DNA of 55,803 nucleotides from the NCBI RefSeq assembly GCF_001194135.2, contig NC_068988.1, positions 69,487,600 through 69,543,402 on the forward strand, in the 5' to 3' direction. Below the pieces are notes generated by a model. That model worked only from the letters and a program-made list of their open reading frames with translations. It ran no database searches and was not told the origin of the DNA. The first letter of the stretch is position 1. Each line of letters starts with the position of its first letter. This stretch comes from Octopus bimaculoides. Its lineage: Eukaryota. The translations under genes and the position numbers were made by a program. This document shows, one piece after another, positions 46,586 to 55,803 of the stretch.

Positions 46586-48299
46586 AAAAGTGGTATCAAA
46601 AAGTTATGTTTAATAAAAAAAAAAATTATTTACCAAACAGTATGAAAACACATTTATGTAACACATAATGTGTGCGTGTGTGTGTGTTTATATATAGGCG
46701 CAGGAGTGGCTGTGTGGTAAGTAGCTTGCTTACCAACCACATGGTTCCAGGTTCAGTCCTACTGCGTGGCATCTTGGGCAAGTGTCTTCTACTATAGCCT
46801 CGGGCTGACCAAAGCCTTGTGAGTGGATTTGGTAGACGGAAACTGAAAGAAGCCTGTCGTATATATGTATGTATATGTGTGTGTGTGTGTTTGTGTGTCT
46901 GTGTTTATCCCCCTAGCATTGTTTGACAACCGATGCTGGTGTGTTTATGTCCCCGTCACCTAGAGGTTCGGCAAAAGAGACCGATAGAATAAGTACTAGG
47001 CTTACAAAGAATAAGTCCCGGGCAGTGCTCCAGCATGGCCACAGTCAAATGACTGAAACATAGTAACCTTGCATAGCAATACATCAGTCCTAGCATTTCT
47101 GCCACTTTTGGAATTCAGTCTAGGAGCTGTTTTCCCTAAGTGAGTTGGAGACCCTCTGTGATTCACACTTGATCATGACAACAGTGTTAAAATGACTACC
47201 TTTGAGCTGTATTTTCATCTTCCAGAAGAGATGGAAGTCTGCAAGTGCTAAATCTGCCAAATAGGGCAGGTGTAGAAGCAATACTATGTTGTTTTTAGCG
47301 AGAAACTCATGAGTGAGGAGAGCTCAGTGACAGTGTTCATTGTCATCATGAAGAATCCAATTCTTTGCACCCCACAGATCCAATCGCTTTCACAAGACTT
47401 CCTCCCTTACATGCTTCAAAATATCACAGTAGGACTCTCAGTTGATGGTCTGACCCAGGGGAATGAATTCTTGATGCAGAAGAATGAATATCCAGGGGAA
47501 TGAATACTGCAGACGTTGTAAAAAATGATGGGCATACTCTTGATTGAGCTGTGGCTCTGCTGTGCCTTCTTTGGTTGTGGAGATGAAGGCCTCTTCCATT
47601 GTGACAACTGCTGCTTTGTCACAGGGTCATACCTGTAGACCCAACTCTTATCACCTGTGATGATCTTCAGCATGAAGAATGGATCATCAGCGACACACAG
47701 ATGGAGATCTTGACAGACTTCACAGTGATGTTCTTTCTGCTCAGTGGTCAGTAAGCCAAAATTAGGAGACAAACTTAGTAGAGACACACCACATATTCAA
47801 TTCAGACATTAAGATTGCCTGCACAGACCCATACAACAGACCAACAACATCAGCAAGGTCGATGAATGTCCTCCGATGATCTTCATGCACAAGCTGATGA
47901 ATTTTCGCCACATTTCCATGGGTGACGCTTGTGGCAGGTCTTCCAGATCACTCGCCATCTTCCAGAGATGTTCGTCCACTTGAAACATAGCATATGACCC
48001 ATTGCCTCATTGGTTTGCCAAAGCATACTCAATGTTTCTGCAGCAGACTTCCCAAGTTAAATGAAAATTTTCATGTTGGCTCTTTATTCCAACTTCCTGT
48101 CCATGACAAAATTCACAGACTATAGCATACACTTGATTACAAAAACACAAATTTCACAACCTGCAAAGTAAACACAGTGATGTCACTCAGTACACTATCT
48201 TATGAAGGGCACTGATAGCTGTCACTGTACATGCAATCAAGTGCTGCCATCTGTTGGTGTGCTACAGAACTAGTCCAAGAAATTTTTGATACCACTTTG
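46586..48299 (-). mobile_element. Mariner transposon (second subfamily), pseudogene, interrupted by a SINE
   Basis: TIRs aaaagtggtatcaaaaagtt / aaatttttgataccactttg|TA; IITGDKSWVYRYDPVTKQQLSQWKRPSSPQPKKAQQSHSSIKSM; about 1.3 kb once the ~0.4-kb insert is removed. Confidence 0.88.
46697..47060 (+). mobile_element. SINE family B nested in the mariner 3' end
   Basis: ggcgcaggagtggctgtgtggtaag ... gactgaaaca; small internal deletion near the tail. Confidence 0.92.
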
Positions 48300-48301
48300 T
48301 A

Positions 48302-48417
48302 TTTTCCCATAGCCTTGTATTTTCCCCAAACATGTTTTCACAGAAGATTGGAAATGAATGACACGGCTTGTATGATGGCGACACTTGTTTACAACTATCA
48401 AATAATGTCAAGGCACA
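48302..48417 (-). mobile_element. Family E repeat, right part
   Basis: See 46470-46585. Confidence 0.6.
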
Positions 48418-48469
48418 GATTCATATATGTGTACACACGCACACACACACACCACACACACACACATAT

Positions 48470-48630
48470 ATGAAGGGCTTCTTTCAGTTTCCTTCCATTA
48501 TATCCACTTAAAAGGCTTTGGTTGATCCACAGTTATAGTAGCAGATGCTCATTCATGGTGCCATGGCATGGGACTGATTTGAGAACTATGTGGTAGAGAA
48601 GCAAACTTCCTCCCACATATCCATGCCTGT
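48470..48630 (-). mobile_element. SINE family B, 5' half, degenerate
   Basis: agggcttctttcagtttcc..aaggctttggttg..gttatagtagcagatgc..gcaaacttcctcccaca. Confidence 0.65.
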
Positions 48631-48643
48631 ACACATGTTTGTA

Positions 48644-48681
<38 letters not shown>

Positions 48682-48769
48682 GAATTTCCCTTATGAATTT
48701 TTTTACACACTGGCTTCTTGATAAAATTCTTGTAAAAGAGTTTTATCCCTTTTTGAATTTATTTATCAA

Positions 48770-48806
<37 letters not shown>

Positions 48807-48973
48807 TCGAGAGAGAGGGAGAGAAAGAGAGAGGGAGATAGAGAGAGAGGTTAAAATAACCACCTTAAGGGATAGAAAATATCCAATGAACAACTGGTTT
48901 GCTACCTACTATTTCGTTGTAAATAGTAATATTCCTAAAGATAATAGGTTTAATTATAAAACTTTGTTTATAA

Positions 48974-49282
48974 ATATTCAAATTAAAATTCAGAAAATGG
49001 AGAAGTAACATCAATATTATTTATTAAGTGCAAAAAATTCAACATCTTCCCTTATAGCTGGTTCAATTTTTCCTAAATGAATTAAATTCCAGTAATTAAA
49101 ACATTTTAGGGGGCAAAATCTCATCAGAGAAGTAAAGAAGTAAAAAAGACGTATAGTTAAGCTATTAACATTTAATTTGTTTGGGAAAAATTTAAACAAC
49201 TGTAAGGGAACATGTTGAATTTTTGCAGTTAATAAATTATATTAATGCTACTTCTCCATTTTCTGGATTTTAATTTGAATAT
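48974..49282. repeat. AT-rich foldback element related to 43529-43870
   Basis: ~100-bp arms atattcaaattaaaattcagaaaatggagaagta..aattcaacat..cccttatagctg with an inverted partner; shares agaaaatggaga and ttatagctg with the 43.5-kb element. Confidence 0.8.
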
Positions 49283-50394
49283 ATATATATATAAAATGGA
49301 ACAAAAACACAATAGAGGACAATAAAACATATGGAAAGATAGACAATACAAGGGTGAACAGGAAAAACAACAAATAAAGGGACAGGAAAAAAAAAATGGG
49401 TTATTTGTAGCCTTCTTTCGTCAGTCAAGTTTCCAGATGTCCTTACAGTTTCAGGCAGTTACACTTGAGACTGTTTAATTTGGTTGCCCCCCAGAAATTC
49501 TAAGCTAAAAGCAATAGAATTTTTGTAGGAAAGTAAGCGAATGTGTACGACAACAAAGATAAGAAATAGAGAACATGTTACACGGTTACAAATACAAACA
49601 ACAAGAATATAACAACAGATGCCTTTCGACTAATGAGGATGAATCAAACTGAGCTGGCATGTTTAAAGAGAAAGCCTTGAGGCAATATATAGGCATATAT
49701 AAATTAATAAATTAAGAGAACAGAGCTTTACATATCAAGGTTTTAACATACAGTTAATCACATCATTGCATGTCAGTATCAGCATAGTGTTTCCACAGCA
49801 AGTCAGTGCACTCTGCAAATTTTGCATCGTGATGTGCATGCTGGTGTTAATTACTGATGCTGCTTCATCAGGGTACAATTTAACTATATTTCAGATACAT
49901 CTGAACAGAATACTATATATATATATATATATATATCACACACACACATGCATACACACACATGCATACACACACATGCATAAATACACATACCTACACT
50001 ACATACACATGATGGGCTTCTTCTGCATTCTATCAAATCTACACATATTTGAGAATGGAGGGACCAACAATTTAAGGCTAAGTAGTGAATATACAGAAAG
50101 TAGAACAGATGCCTTTATTTATTAAAACTTGTGTGTGTGTGTGTGTGTGTGTTAGTCTTAGTATTCATACATGTGTTAATGTTTATGTCAATCTAAGACA
50201 CAGGGATTTGTGCCGCTCTTTCTTCAATAAAACAGTTCAGCAAATAGTAATCAATGAAATAAGGACTAGGATCTCTATACTAGACTAAAATATTTGAACT
50301 GTGCTTCAACATGATTGTTGTGCAAGGACTGTATCTATTAGAAGAAGAGAAGTATTCATAACTTCAGACTCAGATGAACCTCTATTCATTTGAT

Positions 50395-50685
50395 ATCATC
50401 ATCATAGCCTGCTTTCCATGCTGGCATGAGTTAGACAGTTTCACTGAAACTGGTAAGCTGGAAGGCTACAGCAGGTTCCAATCTGATCTGACATGGTTTC
50501 TATTGCTGGACACACTTCCTAATGCCAACCACTCCAAGAGTGAAATAGGTTTTGTTTACATCCCACCAGCATAGGTGCCAGTTACATGACACTGGCATTG
50601 GCCATGACTACAATTTCACTTGGCTTGATGGGTCTTCTGAAGCATAGCATAGTGCCAAAAGTCTCAGTCACTCATCATTGCCTCT
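50395..50685 (-). mobile_element. RTE LINE 3' UTR fragment
   Basis: (ATC)n, ttccatgctggcatg, cttcctaatgccaaccactcc, cttggcttgatgggtcttctgaagca; collinear with 53201-53650. Confidence 0.8.
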
Positions 50686-50699
50686 TTTTAATAAAACAT

Positions 50700-50915
50700 C
50701 ATCATCATCATTATTTCAGCATCTGTATTTTCTATCCTTGCATGGGTTGCACAGTTTATTGAGGAAGATTTTCTTCAGCAAGATGGCCTTCTTGTCACCA
50801 ACCCTCACTTGTTTCCATGGCCAGACATGCGCTCACAGAATATTGGAAACGAATGATACTGCTTATATAACAGTGACAATCATTTTACAACTATCACATG
50901 ATGTCATGATAAGGA
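50700..50915 (-). mobile_element. Family E repeat, uninterrupted copy
   Basis: gatggccttcttgtcaccaaccctcacttgtttccatggccagacatg..cacagaatattggaaacgaatgatac..ttacaactatca. Confidence 0.6.
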
Positions 50916-50941
50916 ATCGCAAATACACACACACACACACA

Positions 50942-51486
50942 CAAGGTGAGGCAAAAGCCATGCACCATAAGAGTTAATTAATTAATAATGTTTTAAATGT
51001 CGAATTTGTTCTGATGTTTTTTTATTTGCAGCAAAAATTTTGATGTAGTAAGATGGGTGAAAAACTGATGAAGGACGAATGAGTTACCTTAGTGTTCATG
51101 TATGGGAAAGCAAGTGCTACTCACAGATCTGTTGCAGGGGAATTCAACAGGCAGAATCCACACTGAATTCCAATTGAAAAGTCAACTGTTGGACATCTAA
51201 TTAGTTGTTCTAAAAAACTGGTAGTGTTGCTGACCACCTTCGAAGTGGTAAACCAAAAAGTACAACCAGTCCAACATCAACAGTGGAATTGAAAATGAAT
51301 GCAGTAAAATAACAGAGACTCCCCATGCTAATGAATCATGCAGGCACAGAACTGAAATGTGTTATGAAAAGGAAGGGTATCATTTTGAACAGCACATGTG
51401 ACAATTGAATCACTAGCAAATAAAATTTTCATGTGTCATTATACTTTTAATAAATCCTTATGGTGCTTGACATTTTCCTCACTTTC
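50942..51486 (+). mobile_element. Tc1/mariner deletion derivative (DUF4817-like N-terminus fused to C-terminus)
   Basis: TIRs caaggtgaggcaaaagccatgcaccataag / cttatggtgcttgacattttcctcactttc|TA; MGEKLMKDE*VTLVFMYG..HRSVAGEFN..KSTVGHL..TGSVADHLRSGKP, then GYHFEQHM*. Confidence 0.75.
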
Positions 51487-51509
51487 TATAAAGGGATGCA
51501 CCCATTCAC

Positions 51510-51675
51510 AAATACACACAGCAGGATTCTTTTCATTTTTTTTTTTATTTACCAAATTCACTCATAAGGTTCAACCTGAGGCTGTAGTAGAAGACACTTG
51601 CCCATGTGCTACATAAGGGAACCAAATCAAGAATCATGTAGTTGGGAAGCAAACTTCTTACTGCACACCCATGAC
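51510..51675 (-). mobile_element. SINE family B, 5' half, degenerate
   Basis: accaaattcactcataagg..gaggctgtagtagaagacacttgccc..gggaagcaaacttctta. Confidence 0.65.
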
Positions 51676-52917
51676 TTTTTTTTATAAATATCTAAAGAGG
51701 GAATAATAAAGTAGAAATATATATATATTTGTGTGTGTATGTATGTGTATGTGTGTGTGCATATATATATGTATGTATGTCTGTATGTATCCTTTTAATT
51801 TCTTTAGAGTAAATGCCTCTGAGTGCACTCATAAAAGCTCCTGTGCTATTTGTTATTGGCTACTACTTACTATTCCCATCTTCCAGAGTAATCCTATGGG
51901 GTGGTTATGTATGCAGAACTCCCAATAGCTTAGGATAAATATAGTAAAAACGAAAATTTGGGGGATGGAAATTTATATATTTTATTAATGCATTGCAGCA
52001 TATGTTTCTACATAAAACATTTGTTTGTGACTATATTCTCAAATGCAGAGAGTATTATTAAATATCATTCATAATATCCATGGATCTTATTTATAAGTCT
52101 AAATTATATACATATACATACACACACACACACATATATATGTATGTATGTATATATGTATGTATGTATATGTATATGTATATATATNNNNNNNNNNNNN
52201 NNNNNNNNNNNNNNNNNNNNNNNNNNNNNNNNNNNNNNNNNNNNNNNNNNNNNNNNNNNNNNNNNNNNNNNNNNNNNNNNNNNNNNNNNNNNNNNNNNNN
52301 NNNNNNNNNNNNNNNNNNNNNNNNNNNNNNNNNNNNNNNNNNNNNNNNNNNNNNNNNNNNNNNNNNNNNNNNNNNNNNNNNNNNNNNNNNNNNNNNNNNN
52401 NNNNNNNNNNNNNNNNNNNNNNNNNNNNNNNNNNNNNNNNNNNNNNNNNNNNNNNNNNNNNNNNNNNNNNNNNNNNNNNNNNNNNNNNNNNNNNNNNNNN
52501 NNNNNNNNNNNNNNNNNNNNNNNNNNNNNNNNNNNNNNNNNNNNNNNNNNNNNNNNNNNNNNNNNNNNNNNNNNNNNNNNNNNNNNNNNNNNNNNNNNNN
52601 NNNNNNNNNNNNNNNNNNNNNNNNNNNNNNNNNNNNNNNNNNNNNNNNNNNNNNNNNNNNNNNNNNNNNNNNNNNNNNNNNNNNNNNNNNNNNNNNNNNN
52701 NNNNNNNNNNNNNNNNNNNNNNNNNNNNNNNNNNNNNNNNNNNNNNNNNNNNNNNNNNNNNNNNNNNNNNNNNNNNNNNNNNNNNNNNNNNNNNNNNNNN
52801 NNNNNNNNNNNNNNNNNNNNNNNNNNNNNNNNNTATATACACTTGTAAAGTCCACGCTATATAAATATGTATATATCTAGCAATTATATACGGCTAAAGT
52901 GCATGCTATATAAATAC

Positions 52918-52952
<35 letters not shown>

Positions 52953-53200
52953 CACATAAATACATAAATGGATGCACAAAGAATATACATGAATATAATA
53001 AGACATATATACACATACAGATACCAACTTACTCTTACAAAGATAGATATATATCCTTATATGTAGATAGCCATAAATGTATATAACGACACATGCACAC
53101 ATGCATATGCATGTATGTACATATGTGTGTGTGCATGTGTGTGTACATGCATGTATGTGTGTGTGTGTGTATCTATACACACACACACACACACATATAT

Positions 53201-54760
53201 ATCATCATCATCATCATTTAAAGTCCATTGTCCATGCTGGCAGGAGTTGGACAGTTTGCCTGGGGCTGGCAAGCTGGAAGGCTGCACCAGACACCACTCT
53301 GATTTGGCATGGTTTCTATGGCTAGATGCCCTTGCTAATGTCAACCACTCTGTGGGTGTAATGGGTGCTTTTATATGCCACCGGCATGGGTGCCATTTGT
53401 GTGACACCAGTATCTGCCACAACTGCAATTTTGCAAGAGGACATAATGCCAAAGGTCTCAATCTTTGCCTCTGTGAGGACTAACACTCGGAAGGCGCTCA
53501 GCCACTTTGCCTCTGTGAGGCCCAATGCTCGAAAGGTGCCTTTTACATGCCACCAGCATGGGTGCCAGTTATGTGACATCAGCATCAGCTATGACGATGA
53601 TTTCACTTGGCTTAATGGGTCTTCTGAAGCACAGCATATCGCCAAAGGTCTTGCTTGCTACTCATTGTCTCTGAGGCCCAAAGTTCTATCATGCTTCATC
53701 ACCTCATCTCATGTCTTCCTGGCAGAGGAATCGGCACTTCTTTACACAGTTATCCACGTCCATATGCATCACATGACCTTAGCAGCACAGTCGTCTCTCT
53801 AGCACACCACATCTGATGCCTCTTATGCCCAACTTTTCTCTCAAGATGCTTACACTCTGTGGAACATGCACACTGACACTGCACATCCAGTGAAACATAC
53901 TAGCTTCATTACTTTCAAGTCTACACCTCAGCTGTCACAGCCCCTGTTTCACTGCCATGTAGCATAGCGGTTCACACACAGGTTTCAAATAATCTGCCTT
54001 TCACTCTGACGGAGAGGCCCTTTATTGCCAGCAGAGGTAGGAGCGCTCTGAACTTTACCCATCCTTTTCTTATTCTCACAGCTATACTCTTGGAGCATTT
54101 ATCTCTGCTACTAACTTAGTAACCTAGATAACAGAAGCTATCTACAACAACTAGCTTACCCATCTGGCAGTTGATGGAGTTTATTTTCTGTACATTTTCG
54201 GTATCTGTTGTACCTGTGCATTTCCACATACAAAAGCTATTTTCTGTTAACTTTCCTCTGATGTTGTTGCACCTTTTATGTGTCCAGCGCTTACACCAGT
54301 GCATCGTATGGAGTTTCTATCTACTCTTTTTCTACAGATTGAGCAAGGCCAGCTACCTGAAGGGATTTGTGATTTGTCTGCCTCCCTACTTACTAAGATT
54401 TTGGTTTTTATTAGGTTAACTCTAAGACCCATCGATTATAGGCCTTTTTTTCCATACCTGGAAATTCTCTAGTTCTGGTATTGATTCAGCTATAAGAGCA
54501 AGGTCATCAGCATTGAGGAGTTCCTAGGGGCAGCTTGTCTTAAATTCCTCTGTTATTGCCTGGAGAATTATGATGAACAAAAGGGGACTGAGGACCAATC
54601 CTTGGTGAACCTCTACTTGTAATCGGAATTTTTTACTGTACTCAATGCCATCCCTCACTTTACTGGTAGCATCCCTGTACAAGACTTGTACAGTTCTCAT
54701 TAAGCATTTGTCTATCCTTAGTTTCTGCATTGACCACCAGATAAGACTTTGGGCGACCCT
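53201..54760 (-). mobile_element. RTE-clade LINE, 5'-truncated: RT C-terminal half, downstream domain, 3' UTR and (GAT)n tail; pseudogene
   Basis: SLIWWSMQKLRIDKCLMRTVQVLYRDATSKVR..VHQGLVLSPLLFIIILQAITEEFKTSCP and GLRVNLIKTKIL; 3' UTR identical in type to the short D-family ends elsewhere in the window. Confidence 0.9.
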
Positions 54761-54785
54761 ACACAGACACACACACACACATCCC

Positions 54786-54816
<31 letters not shown>

Positions 54817-55034
54817 GTCCTTATATATATATATATACACACGTCCTTATATNNNNNNNNNNNNNNNNNNNNNNNNNNNNNNNNNNNNNNNNNNNNNNNN
54901 NNNNNNNNNNNNNNNNNNNNNNNNNNNNNNNNNNNNNNNNNNNNNNNNNNNNNNNNNNNNNNNNNNNNNNNNNNNNNNNNNNNNNNNNNNNNNNNNNNNN
55001 NNNNNNNNNNNNNNNNNNNNNNNNNNNNNNNNNN

Positions 55035-55100
<66 letters not shown>

Positions 55101-55565
55101 TTAAAGAAAAACCACTATTAAATAATTCAATAAAGAAGAATTTAATTCATACCCTCCAGAAAATAATTATATCATAAAAACCTTATTCAATACATCAATA
55201 AAATACAAAAAGAATAACTAGTAAATAGTATAAAATGACTACGCACGTTTTGTGGCTATATTTTCAAATAGATAACTACTACAACCAATTCAATTAATAA
55301 TTCTATTAAAAATCAAATCGATCTACAGTTAACTCTATTCAAAAATACAGTCACTCGTCAGGTCTAAAATAAAAATAATAATTTTAAAAAATCAATGTAC
55401 AGTAACTTATACTAAATATCTAAAAAACAAATAGTTGTTTTAACAATAAATAACTAGATAATCGAAAAGCATTTAACTATATTTCTTAGAATAAAAACAC
55501 AACTTATCTTATCGAAGAATTGCTGTATGTATGTATGTATGTAGATATATATATATATATGTGTG

Positions 55566-55608
<43 letters not shown>

Positions 55609-55803
55609 ATATATATATATATATATAAAATTAATTGCAGAATAAAACCATTAGGTCATCGAGTCAAAAAGCCACAACCAACCAATGACCACATATAGGA
55701 AGTACAGCATAAACCACAAAAACCAAAGTAGCAAAGGGAAGTAAAATTTTTATACATAAGAATAAAATCCATTAAAAAATATAATAGAATAACATAAATA
55801 AAT

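Noticed and set aside
49420-49660. ctgacgaaag (minus strand) and ctaatgagg motifs in a probable old repeat
   Set aside because: Core halves are not arranged around a closing stem II; cannot be folded as a hammerhead.
55100-55803. AT-rich A-skewed terminal stretch resembling organellar DNA
   Set aside because: No recognisable mitochondrial gene, tRNA or rRNA motif; it is interleaved with nuclear-type microsatellites.

Overview
Eukaryotic, AT-rich, microsatellite-dense genomic DNA from a draft assembly with 10 N-gaps. The repeat content (tRNA-headed SINE families, RTE LINEs with (GAT)n tails, compound CA/TA microsatellites) points to an octopus, possibly Octopus bimaculoides; this is recognition-based inference. 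I find no intact host protein-coding gene. Most track ORFs are microsatellite or N-gap artefacts, and the rest are decayed transposon fragments, so the window reads as intronic or intergenic. It contains three SINE families, RTE LINEs, R4/Dong-like RLE LINEs, two Penelope-like remnants, a Gypsy pol remnant, several mariner/Tc1 elements, a probable Chapaev-type fragment, and non-autonomous hAT, piggyBac, Kolobok-like and MULE-like elements, many with readable TSDs and nesting. The most unusual item is a 334-bp element (42157-42490) with 67-bp terminal inverted repeats and a decayed minimal hammerhead ribozyme at the tip of an extended internal stem. Also notable: a second hammerhead in an inverted Penelope end, a stand-alone pri-miRNA-like hairpin (33375-33475), a 165-bp solo LTR with a perfect 5-bp TSD, an 805-bp MULE-like element carrying TTAGGG repeats, and (TAA)n tracts acting as insertion hot-spots for SINEs and RLE LINEs in opposite orientations. 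All alignments and folds were done by eye; none were computed.
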